40,136 bases of DNA from a virus (lineage: Duplodnaviria; Caudoviricetes): positions 1 to 40,136 of IMG/VR virus record IMGVR_UViG_3300036797_000039. One strand, given 5' to 3'. Below are positions 27,234-35,911 of the stretch, in pieces (the first letter of the stretch is position 1; each line of letters opens with the position of its first letter). Position numbers and translations under genes: made by a program. The notes under the pieces are model-generated. The model was not told the origin of the DNA. It saw only the letters and a program-made list of their open reading frames with translations, and did not search any database.

Positions 27234-28128
27234 AGCAAGAGCATACCGCGATTCCGGCGAGAGTCCAAGTGGGAAAAACTCCCGCATTGCCTCGTTTAGT
27301 GTGCTCGATCAGGTACGCGCTTCGGACCTCATCGAGCGCCACAAACGGCTGATCATCGCCATGCTGTCGAAGAACCGTTTCGGCGATGATCTTTGGCTTT
27401 CAACTGAGAGTTTGCAGGTCATCATCGGCCGCGTTTCGCGACGTCGAAAAACCGCCGGACAGGACACGCGGGGACGAAAGCTCGGCAACTGCGAACGCGC
27501 CTCGCGCCGCGCCGTACAGAACTGGATCGATGAAGCGGTGCGGGATGAAGTACTGAATCCTGTTTACGGTCCGAATGTCTGGGTGGGCCGCGGCCCGAAC
27601 CATCGAGTATTTCGTCGCAGCGCGACCTACGAACTCAACCGCGCGAAACTGACGCGAGCTGAGACGTACGACCAATGGGCCGCGAGGAAACGCACGTCGC
27701 AGCCGCTCGCCCGACGATTCCCCCCGCGCAATTCTTCCCCCGCACCGGAAGCCGCAACCCCCGCCCAGCCAGCGGTTGCGGCTTCCGCGCCTGTCCCACA
27801 ATCCCCTGCCGAATCTCAGCACCGCACCCTCCCCCGCACTCCGATTGCGCGAGCATTGAGTTCCCGGCAAGCACAGACGTTCGTCAATAAAGTCGGGGAG
27901 TTGATGCTCGGCTGTAACCGCATCGTCGCCCTCGACGGGATGGGAGTGCAACTACAGCCGCAGGATGCTCGGTACCGCGCTCCGATGTCGAAAGAAAAAG
28001 CCCTCGTTTCAGCGTGCATGACTCTAGGGGTTCGCCTGCAGGACGGAGAACAGCACCTGAAAGAGTGTTGCTGGAACTTCGACGACTGGAAGCGAGCGCA
28101 CGGAATTCAGGGGGGAGAGAGCCCATGA
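27223..28128 (+). CDS. Putative wHTH replication initiator
   Basis: WLSTESL..., SRRAVQNWIDEAVRDEVL, SATYEL wing; Pro/Ala linker; no other replication gene found. Confidence 0.6.
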   Translation: MASTARAYRDSGESPSGKNSRIASFSVLDQVRASDLIERHKRLIIAMLSKNRFGDDLWLSTESLQVIIGRVSRRRKTAGQDTRGRKLGNCERASRRAVQNWIDEAVRDEVLNPVYGPNVWVGRGPNHRVFRRSATYELNRAKLTRAETYDQWAARKRTSQPLARRFPPRNSSPAPEAATPAQPAVAASAPVPQSPAESQHRTLPRTPIARALSSRQAQTFVNKVGELMLGCNRIVALDGMGVQLQPQDARYRAPMSKEKALVSACMTLGVRLQDGEQHLKECCWNFDDWKRAHGIQGGESP

Positions 28129-28379
28129 AATCTCTCGACAAGCAAACTCCGAAGGAATGGCAGGACGCGGTCAATGCTGCCGACTTCGCGGTGCGCTTTA
28201 CTTCCCCGATCCAGTCTGCGACCGGCGGGCGCATAAAACTCGACCGCGCGCGTGAAATTCTCGGACGCGGTCTGCAACTCGGATTCGTGCCCGAATCTAC
28301 AGTTGCGCAGAACGCGCGCTACGAGCCGGTCACCGATCGCGAATTCAACGAGCTCTGCGAATCGACGGAGACCCTATGA
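28125..28379 (+). CDS. Hypothetical protein
   Basis: ATGA overlap; PKEWQDAVNAA. Confidence 0.6.
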   Translation: MKSLDKQTPKEWQDAVNAADFAVRFTSPIQSATGGRIKLDRAREILGRGLQLGFVPESTVAQNARYEPVTDREFNELCESTETL

Positions 28380-28585
28380 GCACTCCCTCCCCCTGCGACT
28401 CCGATTCCCTTCTCGCCCGCGAGCTCGTCGGCTGCCGTGTCCGCTTCCGCCATCTGCCAAGCGCGATGGAGCCGAGATCGATTCTCGTGACCGCCGCGGA
28501 GAAGAACATGATCCGCTTGTGCGGCTGGGCCGGGCTTTTCGCGCCGCATCTTTTTGTCGTCGTCGAAAGGAAGGAACAGCGATGA
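28376..28585 (+). CDS. Hypothetical protein
   Basis: ATGA overlaps at both ends. Confidence 0.6.
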   Translation: MSTPSPCDSDSLLARELVGCRVRFRHLPSAMEPRSILVTAAEKNMIRLCGWAGLFAPHLFVVVERKEQR

Positions 28586-28764
28586 GCGCGCAGAGCACGA
28601 TTCTCCCGACGACGGTGCAATTTATGCGCTACTGCCTACGCTGCGACTCGGAACAGATATTCACCGCGGGCTGGGAGTGCGCCGAAGGCCTGGTCGGTTG
28701 CTGCCTGAATTGCGGCGACGAGCGGATCGCGCCGTTCACGAGAACGATCGACGAGGCCGCATGA
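28582..28764 (+). CDS. Small Zn-ribbon protein
   Basis: CLRC...CLNCG. Confidence 0.6.
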   Translation: MSAQSTILPTTVQFMRYCLRCDSEQIFTAGWECAEGLVGCCLNCGDERIAPFTRTIDEAA

Positions 28765-29594
28765 TGCAGCCAATTCGAGTTTTCCCTGGTCGCACAACGA
28801 TGACGCCGGATGATCCTCTCGCGTTCGTGGGGTTCCCTCCTTTCGCCGAGTTTCGTCCCGCGGATCCCGCTACGCCGGTGCTTGTGAGTGTCGTTTTCAA
28901 ATGGCTGCGCGAGCGAGCGGAGCGAATTGCGGATTCGTGGCGGATGTATTACCGCGATGTGCGTGTCGGCGGCCCGGCCTACGGCGACTTGGGATCGGAG
29001 TTTACGCCTGGAATGTTTCTCAAAAAGGGCTGCACTATCACCAGTCGCGGCTGCGTGAAGCACTGCGGTTGGTGTCCGGAACGCTTTAATCCTCTCCGGG
29101 AGTTGGAAATAAAACCCGGCTGGATCGTGCAGGATTCGAATCTTCTCGCGTGTTCCGAGCCTCACGTGAGAAAAGTTTTTGAGATGTTGCGCGAGCAGAA
29201 TCGCGGAATTTATTTCAACGGTGGACTCGACAAGCATTTTCTCAAAGACTGGCATCGCCCACTGTTCGACTCGATCAAAATCGGCGAGTTGTGGTTCGCT
29301 TGCGACCGCACGGACGAATTGCCTTGGATTGAACGCGCGGCGAAGATCCTCGACGGGATCCCGCAGAGAAAACTCCGTTGCTACACCATGATCGGCTACG
29401 ACACTGAAAGTTTGCGTGATGCCGAATGGCGCAACGAGCGCGTGCTGCAGTTGGGGTTTATGCCCTTCTGCCAGCTCTATCAGCCCGACGATCGCGTGAA
29501 GGTGTATTCCGACGAGTGGCGGAACGTTCGTCGAAAATGGGCGCGACCGGCAGCTTATATGCCGGCGGCGCCGCCGGACGCAGAGGCGGCATGA
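28761..29594 (+). CDS. Radical SAM protein
   Basis: TSRGCVKHCGWC (CxxxCxxC), GGP, DSNLLA and FNGGLD motifs. Confidence 0.85.
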   Translation: MMQPIRVFPGRTTMTPDDPLAFVGFPPFAEFRPADPATPVLVSVVFKWLRERAERIADSWRMYYRDVRVGGPAYGDLGSEFTPGMFLKKGCTITSRGCVKHCGWCPERFNPLRELEIKPGWIVQDSNLLACSEPHVRKVFEMLREQNRGIYFNGGLDKHFLKDWHRPLFDSIKIGELWFACDRTDELPWIERAAKILDGIPQRKLRCYTMIGYDTESLRDAEWRNERVLQLGFMPFCQLYQPDDRVKVYSDEWRNVRRKWARPAAYMPAAPPDAEAA

Positions 29595-29597
29595 GTT

Positions 29598-29641
29598 GAA
29601 AAACTAAAAAACCGCGAACCCGAGTAGAAGCGAGTTCGCGG
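29598..29641 (-). terminator. Minus-strand terminator-like hairpin
   Basis: ccgcgaacccg/cgagttcgcgg stem with an A-tract on the left. Confidence 0.5.
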
Positions 29642-29668
29642 CCCAGTGCGATTAAGGAGTTCTAGCAG

Positions 29669-29866
29669 ATGACAGCATATACCAACGCCGCTTTCGCGGA
29701 CGTTTACCTTTTCGCTTACGCCATCGCGAAAGCCGCCATACTGACGGGATTCGCGCCCTGGCTCGTCGTCGTTTCGATTCTCTGGCCGCGCCGGGCCGCG
29801 AAACGCAGAGCACAAATCCTCGTGATGCCGATCCGATCTCCGTACCGGAAAGCGAGCCGACGATGA
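29669..29866 (+). CDS. Small membrane protein
   Basis: AAGGAG SD; hydrophobic segment and basic tail. Confidence 0.6.
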   Translation: MTAYTNAAFADVYLFAYAIAKAAILTGFAPWLVVVSILWPRRAAKRRAQILVMPIRSPYRKASRR

Positions 29867-30054
29867 CGCAACATTTCACGCGCAACACCGTCTCCGCCGA
29901 ATTCTATTGTGGCAAGTGCGAGAAGTTCACGCAGCACCGCATCTCGGGCGGCCGCAAGGGACCGTGCCTCGACTGCGTCGCCCGACTCGAAAAAGCGCAT
30001 GCCGCAAAACCGAAGCCCGAAGCGGAGAAGCAGCAGGAGTTGTTCCATGTGTGA
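29863..30054 (+). CDS. Small Zn-binding protein
   Basis: CGKC..TQH..GPCLDC. Confidence 0.65.
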   Translation: MTQHFTRNTVSAEFYCGKCEKFTQHRISGGRKGPCLDCVARLEKAHAAKPKPEAEKQQELFHV

Positions 30055-30325
30055 GCACATCGATCTTCCGGGCGGCGACCACGCCATCATCTGCGGCCTT
30101 CGCGCCTTCAAAAAGTTCTGCGCCTGCGGACGCCGCGCGGATCTCCTCTGCGACTGGAAAGTCTCCGCGCGAAAATCCGGCACCTGCGACAAACCGATCT
30201 GCGCCGCGCACGCCCTCGAAGTCGCACCCGGCAAGCATCTCTGCCCCGAACATCAGGGCAAATGGGACGAGTGGAAACGCCTGCACCCGCCGGCGCAAAA
30301 ACCTTTGTTCGGAGAGGCCGCATGA
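30047..30325 (+). CDS. Cys/His-rich protein
   Basis: AIICG..LLCD..TCDKPIC..H..LCPEH; AGGAG SD. Confidence 0.7.
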   Translation: MCEHIDLPGGDHAIICGLRAFKKFCACGRRADLLCDWKVSARKSGTCDKPICAAHALEVAPGKHLCPEHQGKWDEWKRLHPPAQKPLFGEAA

Positions 30326-30552
30326 AATGCAAGTTTTGCGGGTGCACGGATGAACGCCCATGCCGAATTCCAATCGATGTCGACGGGCAGATTACGAACG
30401 CCGCGCCCGGTTCCTACGTCACCGCTTACGCCGCGTGCGGTTGGCTGATCGACAATGTGTGCTCGGCTCCGCCGTGTGTCGAAAAAGCTTATGCCGAAGC
30501 GGAGTTGCTCGCTTCGCAAATTCAGTTTTGGCTGGAGAGGGAGTCCGCATGA
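30322..30552 (+). CDS. Cys-rich protein
   Basis: CKFCGCTDERPC..C.W...VCS. Confidence 0.65.
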   Translation: MKCKFCGCTDERPCRIPIDVDGQITNAAPGSYVTAYAACGWLIDNVCSAPPCVEKAYAEAELLASQIQFWLERESA

Positions 30553-30746
30553 TCGCACAGGAAGATGAACCCGAGATGATGGACTGGCTGCAGAACGCAG
30601 CCTCGCGCGGCGGCGGGTTTATTTCGCTCCTCGCGGTCGCCGCGCTGCACGCGGATTCTGAGAACTACCCCATTCTGCGGCCGGCGCTCCTCGAGCTCCG
30701 CCGGAAGTATCCCAAGTACGATCGCCTGCGAGGGGTTGCGTTGTGA
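30549..30746 (+). CDS. Small phage protein
   Basis: GGGF..LA.AA..AD..N..IL motif; ATGA overlap. Confidence 0.65.
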   Translation: MIAQEDEPEMMDWLQNAASRGGGFISLLAVAALHADSENYPILRPALLELRRKYPKYDRLRGVAL

Positions 30747-31072
30747 CCGCCCGCGAGCTCGTCTCGACCTTCCGCCCTCTGAGCTTCCCCGCAACGGAAG
30801 ATTTTTTTCTCTACCTCGCCGCCCACATCCCGGAAATGCGTCTCTCAGACGGGCAGCGCTTGAACGACGCGACCGACTTCGCCGCCTTCCTCCGCGAACT
30901 GGCCGACGTGCTCGAGTCGCAGCGCACCTGCCGTGCCCCCGCAGCCGAAGCACGAGAGAAGCTGGATCACACCTGCCCGCGTTGCGGACACATTCACGAA
31001 GGCATCTTAGAGTGCGGCATGGAAATCGGCAGCGGAAGGATCTGCCGCTGCGAAATGAGTGTGCCCGTATGA
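30743..31072 (+). CDS. Hypothetical protein with C-terminal Cys/His cluster
   Basis: CPRCGHIH..C..CRC. Confidence 0.65.
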   Translation: MTARELVSTFRPLSFPATEDFFLYLAAHIPEMRLSDGQRLNDATDFAAFLRELADVLESQRTCRAPAAEAREKLDHTCPRCGHIHEGILECGMEIGSGRICRCEMSVPV

Positions 31073-31305
31073 GACCGCTTTTCGTCCTCCTCTTCATCCT
31101 CGTCTGGGATGTTGCCATGTTCCTCGTCTTTCGCGCGTGGGGCTACCGGCGCGGCCACAAAGAAGGGGCGGAAGATGGCTACCAGCGCGGCTATGACGCA
31201 GGCCACATCGCCGGCCGCAGGGACGCCGACAACTGGTGGATCGAAGTCGAAGCGGAAGCGGACCAGGCGCGGCAGAAAATCTGGAAGGAGGAAATGGAAT
31301 CGTGA
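31069..31305 (+). CDS. Single-TM protein with GxxxG repeats
   Basis: GYRRGHKEGAEDGYQRGYDAGHIAG. Confidence 0.65.
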   Translation: MRPLFVLLFILVWDVAMFLVFRAWGYRRGHKEGAEDGYQRGYDAGHIAGRRDADNWWIEVEAEADQARQKIWKEEMES

Positions 31306-31526
31306 TGACGCGAGAGGAACACTTGGAGTGGTGTAAGAAGCGAGCGCTCGAATACGTTGACGCGGGCGACGTGCGGCAGGGCTTCACATCGATGCTCTCC
31401 GATTTAACGAAACACCCGGAGACGAAAAAGCACAAAGGCGGAGAAATTGGCGTCGGCTTCATGCTGATTCCGGGATGGATCGACAACCCCGTCGAAGTGC
31501 GTCGCTGGATCGTGGGGTTCAACTGA
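31305..31526 (+). CDS. Phage hypothetical protein
   Basis: MTREEHLEWCKKRALEY..SDLTKHPET..WIVGFN. Confidence 0.75.
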   Translation: MTREEHLEWCKKRALEYVDAGDVRQGFTSMLSDLTKHPETKKHKGGEIGVGFMLIPGWIDNPVEVRRWIVGFN

Positions 31527-31780
31527 TGATCCCGACCACCGAGAAGCTCGCACTCGCCCTCGAAAAGATCAACGCCCCGGCGGAGATGATCCGCGCCGCC
31601 CGAGCCGGCCGCTATGACGATTTCAAATCGGAATCGACAACCCCGATCCTCGACCTCATGCGCGATTTGAAAAAGATCGGAGCCCTCGGCCTCGCAACCC
31701 GCGCACTGAAGGGCGAATTCGACGCCACGAAAGAAGAAGCGGATGCCTGGTACGAGAAGGAAGGCAGGCACGTGTTGTGA
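31526..31780 (+). CDS. Phage hypothetical protein
   Basis: TGATG coupling; A.AG.YDDF.S..GEFDATKEE..AW. Confidence 0.75.
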   Translation: MIPTTEKLALALEKINAPAEMIRAARAGRYDDFKSESTTPILDLMRDLKKIGALGLATRALKGEFDATKEEADAWYEKEGRHVL

Positions 31781-31899
31781 GGGATCGCTTCCACTGGGTG
31801 TGGCTTAAAATCGCGACGTGGTGGTGGACGCGCAAGGTGGCCCGACTGCTGAAAGAAAATCGCCGACTGAAGCAGCGAGTGAAAGGCAAGGCCCGATGA
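31777..31899 (+). CDS. 40-aa Trp-rich cationic peptide (not in the ORF track)
   Basis: GTGA and ATGA overlaps at the ends; MRDRFHWVWLKIATWWWTRKVARLLKENRRLKQRVKGKAR. Confidence 0.55.
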   Translation: MRDRFHWVWLKIATWWWTRKVARLLKENRRLKQRVKGKAR

Positions 31900-32132
31900 G
31901 CGAGCGCGAAAACGCAATTTTCTTGGCGAACAAAGCTCTTGAACGAAACAATGCCGATCCCGACGACGATCTCGCGGTTTTGGCGCGCCAGTTTTTGCGG
32001 TCGAGAGAACGTGAACTGGCAGTTTATGCGAGGGCGATCAGGCTGGCGAGCGACAACAATCAGGTTGTCGGCGAAAAGTGCGACTACTACGTGACGATCC
32101 AGCAACTCGAAGCGCTGATCGGAAAATCTTAG
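31896..32132 (+). CDS. Hypothetical protein
   Basis: DPDDDLAVLARQFLR motif. Confidence 0.65.
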   Translation: MSERENAIFLANKALERNNADPDDDLAVLARQFLRSRERELAVYARAIRLASDNNQVVGEKCDYYVTIQQLEALIGKS

Positions 32133-32473
32133 CCCTTCTCCGAATTGCAAATCCAGTGCGCCGCCCCGTTCCACGGCTGCCCGTCCCGCTCGATCCGGTC
32201 GTCCCTAAAGGCCGCCGCCATCCCTCGCCGTCGCTGGTGCTCAAAAGTCGCGTTTGCGAGCGCCAGGCGGCGATTACAGAGGCAGCAGCGGAACCTCTGG
32301 CGCTCGACCATCCCCTGGACGCGGCGCGTGTATTCACGGTGGCCCGCGGGCGTGTCCTGGCAGACTTCCCTTCCGTCCCGATATCTCCGCACGGCTCCGT
32401 CGAGGATCAACTCGTAGTGCTGGGAGACGGGCGGGTGGAGCTTGAAACGCGGGATCGGGCGGCGGCGGATCAT
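32129..32473 (-). CDS. HNH-type endonuclease
   Basis: RQ..RCCLC..ATFEH...N.AAH..CN.EKG. Confidence 0.75.
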   Translation of the reverse strand: MIRRRPIPRFKLHPPVSQHYELILDGAVRRYRDGREVCQDTPAGHREYTRRVQGMVERQRFRCCLCNRRLALANATFEHQRRRGMAAAFRDDRIERDGQPWNGAAHWICNSEKG

Positions 32474-32664
32474 GATTTTTTATCGCGGCGGTGACGGAGC
32501 ATCTCTTCGAACGGAGTTTCGAGTTCGGGAAAAACTTCGCAGAACTCAAGCAGATGGCCCTTGAGTCCGATTTTGTCGAAGCCGTCCTCTCCGCAGAAAG
32601 GGCAGGTCAGATTTTCAGCGGTCGCCACGTGGTCCTCATTTCCGGTCGAAAAGCGGCTGATCAT
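32470..32664 (-). CDS. Small Zn-finger protein
   Basis: CPFCG...L.GHL..C. Confidence 0.6.
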   Translation of the reverse strand: MISRFSTGNEDHVATAENLTCPFCGEDGFDKIGLKGHLLEFCEVFPELETPFEEMLRHRRDKKS

Positions 32665-32843
32665 TGCTCGTTTCGTACGCGAATACATCCGGGATAGGCG
32701 CCCGCGCCCTTGTCGACGACTTCCTCGACAACTTCATTGATCGCATTCAGGGCTACGCGGACCTCGCGCAGTTCTTTGGTGAGCTCGTGGATCGCATCGC
32801 GGATCTCGGCGGCGACGTCCATTATTGATTCCTGTGTTGCCAT
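32661..32843 (-). CDS. Small coiled-coil protein
   Basis: GAGGAG SD. Confidence 0.65.
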   Translation of the reverse strand: MATQESIMDVAAEIRDAIHELTKELREVRVALNAINEVVEEVVDKGAGAYPGCIRVRNEQ

Positions 32844-32907
32844 CTTGATCTCCTCAGTGCACGCTTCACGTGCAGACCGGGTTGCCCCGGTTTCGACCTG
32901 GACAAAA

Positions 32908-34185
32908 CTAGAACGCCTCCATCCTCTCCGCCGCGGCGACGACCGGCTGCGGCCCGCGCTTCCCGTTCACTCCAGCGACCGACTCGCCGAGCTTCGCTTC
33001 GAGGAACGAGATTTGTTTGTGTTCGGGATTCTCGACGTCCTTCACGGCCATTGCGATGAGGTTCGCGAGATCCCGATCGGTTGCGGGCGGGTCGAGCTTC
33101 ATGCGCTCTTCGAGGGCTTCGATGATTGACACCTGGCGCTCGATTACGGTGAGCGACTGGCGCTCGAATTCCGTCTGCGATTTTGTTCCGGTGATCGAGA
33201 CGCCGACCGCGGTCCGCATCTTTTTATCGGCAGCGGTTTGCCCCGGCGCAATCATGTTCATCGTGGTGACCCACTTTTCGAGCGCGATCTGGCGCTTGAT
33301 CGTGAGCTCGTGCGAGGACTGCTCGTTGAAATTCTCAAAGAGCATCGCCGTGTTGTGGTCGGTGCGCGTGATGGCCTGCCCGCCGCCGATGCCGATCGAA
33401 TCAAAATACGCCTGAAAAGGCTCGGCGACTTTTTTGTAGTAGTCGGCTTTGTAGGCGGTTAAATCTTTCCAGGTAAAAGCTTTTCCGTTCAAGGCCCACA
33501 CGCGGCACTTCTTCACCGTGGCGACGTGGATCATCTGCGATTTAAAATTTCTGCGCACCCGGCCCTGGACGCGATCGAACTTCACGAGATCCGGGTCGTC
33601 GATCTGCGCCGTCTCGATCTCGAGATCCGGCTCGTGTCCGAAGTCGCCCTCGGCTTTAATTTTCGTGCCGCCCTTCGAGAGCTCTTTCACCATCTCGCCC
33701 TTCTCGTCCGGCATCTCGACCTCATCCCAGACGAAGCCCATGCGCCCGGTGACGAGGAAGTGAATCGCCGAGTCCTGGAAATCCTGCGCGAACGGAGCCC
33801 ACTCTTCTTTGATCCGCCCGATGCGCTGCAGCCGCGGCCCGCGCTGCTTCATGCCCTCGGTGAATAGATCCTGCCAGAAGTGCGAAACGGAATCGACGCC
33901 GACCGCGCACGCGCCCTCTTTCAGCGCCTCGCGCGAAGCCGATCTCAGATCGAGAAACGATCGCGATCGGTTCAAGAGCAGCGGCACGCCTTCGGTTTTG
34001 AAGATGTCGAGCACGAAATCGACGCCCTTTTCGGACGCGAGCCAGGCGACGGGCGCCGAGTTGTGATACGTCTTTGAGAGATGGATGAGCAGCATCGCCA
34101 TCAGGGTAGTTTTTCCCGTTCCCTTCGGCCCGAACATGCTGCCTTTTACGAAGCCAACTTCCTTGGTTGCTGGTTTGAACGGCAT
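32908..34185 (-). CDS. AAA_24/Sak4-like P-loop ATPase (recombination)
   Basis: GPKGTGKT Walker A, VGVDSVSHFW Walker B, HEPDL. Confidence 0.8.
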   Translation of the reverse strand: MPFKPATKEVGFVKGSMFGPKGTGKTTLMAMLLIHLSKTYHNSAPVAWLASEKGVDFVLDIFKTEGVPLLLNRSRSFLDLRSASREALKEGACAVGVDSVSHFWQDLFTEGMKQRGPRLQRIGRIKEEWAPFAQDFQDSAIHFLVTGRMGFVWDEVEMPDEKGEMVKELSKGGTKIKAEGDFGHEPDLEIETAQIDDPDLVKFDRVQGRVRRNFKSQMIHVATVKKCRVWALNGKAFTWKDLTAYKADYYKKVAEPFQAYFDSIGIGGGQAITRTDHNTAMLFENFNEQSSHELTIKRQIALEKWVTTMNMIAPGQTAADKKMRTAVGVSITGTKSQTEFERQSLTVIERQVSIIEALEERMKLDPPATDRDLANLIAMAVKDVENPEHKQISFLEAKLGESVAGVNGKRGPQPVVAAAERMEAF

Positions 34186-34433
34186 GGCGATTCTCCTCTT
34201 TGAATTTGGATTTGTGATTTTTGTTGCAGGTGCGTTCTGCGAAATTCGTTGATCCGCCGATCGGCGAGCTCGTACTCGGCGTGCGCGCGCTGCAGCTTGA
34301 CAAGAGAAACGGCGAAGTCCTCGGCTTCCCAGAAGCGGAGAACCAGGCCGACCGCCGAGACCACGCGATAGGCAGCCAGATCGCGGCGGTTGCAGAGCTC
34401 CTGAAATTCGAGCGCGAGGGAGCCGTTATCCAC
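34146..34433 (-). CDS. Hypothetical protein
   Basis: GTG start overlapping the upstream gene's end. Confidence 0.5.
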   Translation of the reverse strand: MDNGSLALEFQELCNRRDLAAYRVVSAVGLVLRFWEAEDFAVSLVKLQRAHAEYELADRRINEFRRTHLQQKSQIQIQRGESPCRSNQQPRKLAS

Positions 34434-34680
34434 GGCGCACATCCTCGAAGTGATCGAGACAGAATTCGAGGCCGCTTGCGAGCTCGTGCACCGTCGCCCG
34501 CTCGGAACAGGGGAAGCCGCCGTCGCACGCGCCCCGACGTGACTCTGGGGATTCGTAGGCGCAGGCGGAGAGATTTTCGGCGGCGGCGAGTATCTGATCG
34601 ACGCGCGAGATTTCGCGGTCGATGAATTCAAACTGTGGAAATCTGAAGGGTGGGGGGAGCGGTATAGTGGGAAAAGCCAT
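34426..34680 (-). CDS. Hypothetical protein (Cys/His)
   Basis: AGGAGA SD; first gene of the leftward early operon. Confidence 0.6.
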   Translation of the reverse strand: MAFPTIPLPPPFRFPQFEFIDREISRVDQILAAAENLSACAYESPESRRGACDGGFPCSERATVHELASGLEFCLDHFEDVRRG

Positions 34681-34758
34681 GATCAGTCTCCTATTGGCTG
34701 ATTTGGTTAGGGTCGGGTCGCGGGTGCGAACCGCGTTCCGGCCCGGTGTACAATTCAT

Positions 34759-34838
34759 ACCTTACCGCTAAGGTGAGTGAGAGTCAAGCGGAATCTGTAA
34801 AATAACCTTGCAATCTTGGCGCTAAGGTGTCATATTTT
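34759..34838. promoter_or_regulatory. Divergent promoters with two related 16-bp operators
   Basis: Leftward TTGACT-17-TAAGGT; rightward TTGCAA-17-CATATT; operators accttaccgctaaggt (34759-34774) and atcttggcgctaaggt (34813-34828). Confidence 0.7.
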
Positions 34839-34845
34839 GGCTCGT

Positions 34846-35001
34846 ATGACCGAGAAAAACGCCGCCGCCGTGGCGCTGGGAAGGGCTGGGGGCCTCGCGC
34901 GGGCGAAAAACCTCTCCGAGAAGCAACGCCGCCAGATCGCCACCAAGGCCTCAAAGGCCGCCTCCGCCGCCCGGAAGAAGAAAGCCCAGAAGAAAGGCTG
35001 A
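34846..35001 (+). CDS. Small basic GGxARA/KGG-like protein, candidate regulator
   Basis: KNAAAVALGRAGGLARAKNLSEKQRRQIA. Confidence 0.7.
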   Translation: MTEKNAAAVALGRAGGLARAKNLSEKQRRQIATKASKAASAARKKKAQKKG

Positions 35002-35006
35002 TTTCC

Positions 35007-35495
35007 ATGCACAAGACCACCCCTCAGCCCTTTTTGCGCGGCCTCCTCGACCGCGATGCGGCAATGCTCCTGCGCTGGCGCAACGACCCTGAAACCCGCC
35101 GCAATTCGATCCGCACCGAGGAAGTCTCCCAGGAAGAGCACGCGAAGTGGGTGCAAGACAGAATTCTGATCCACACCGGCTCCGTCTTAATCGCCGACAT
35201 CGATAACGTCTCGGTCGGCGTCGTGCGGATGGACTGGAACGATTCCGACGATGCCTGCGACCTGTCCTTTACCGTCGCACCCGAACATCGAGGCAAGGGG
35301 TACGGCTTCGCGATGGTCGCTCGCGCACTGGAGCAGATCCGCGGCGACGTGCGGGTTACGGCACTCGTGAAACTCTCGAACGAAGCCTCGCGCCGCATCT
35401 TTGAAAAGCTCGGGTTTCAGGTGATCGACAGCGAAGGCGAGCTTTTGATGTACGCCAAGGACCTGCCAGGGGAACAGACCGCTTTGCGGGCCTAG
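35007..35495 (+). CDS. GNAT N-acetyltransferase (RimL/PseH-like)
   Basis: WRNDPETRRNS..EEH..W, VAPEHRGKGYG and NEASRRIFEKLGF motifs. Confidence 0.85.
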   Translation: MHKTTPQPFLRGLLDRDAAMLLRWRNDPETRRNSIRTEEVSQEEHAKWVQDRILIHTGSVLIADIDNVSVGVVRMDWNDSDDACDLSFTVAPEHRGKGYGFAMVARALEQIRGDVRVTALVKLSNEASRRIFEKLGFQVIDSEGELLMYAKDLPGEQTALRA

Positions 35496-35911
35496 AACTC
35501 CTCTTTCGTCTCCAGATCCTCGGTGAGCTTGTAGCGTTCCGGGATCTCGATCGCGGAGAGTTTCATTTTCTGCACCGCGTTCCCTGGCCCGCCGCTCGTG
35601 TCGGTGGCAAAGATCCGCACGAGGTACCGGCCCGGCTCTTTGAACGTGTACGTCGTCGTGACGGCACCTGTTCCGCTCGCGAGAACCACCCGGCACAACT
35701 CTTTTGGATGCTTCAAGGCCAGGCAACTCCCGGTTTTCGTCTGGTTCTCGATCGCCCAGCCGGAATGGGCCGGATCGACGCGGAAGTCTTTGTCGAGAAC
35801 TAGGTTAAATTTCATGGTGATCGGCGCCGCCGCGGCCAGTGAGAGAACGTCGATTTTCTGCGCCAGGGCGAGGCTCGAACAGCAGAGCAAAATGAGAGAA
35901 ACGAGTTTCAT
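35492..35911 (-). CDS. Secreted Ig/PKD-like protein (moron)
   Basis: Signal MKLVSLILLCCSSLALA|Q; TYTFKEPGRYLVRIFATD; own promoter ATGACG-17-TAGAAT, 6 nt before ATG. Confidence 0.7.
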   Translation of the reverse strand: MKLVSLILLCCSSLALAQKIDVLSLAAAAPITMKFNLVLDKDFRVDPAHSGWAIENQTKTGSCLALKHPKELCRVVLASGTGAVTTTYTFKEPGRYLVRIFATDTSGGPGNAVQKMKLSAIEIPERYKLTEDLETKEEF

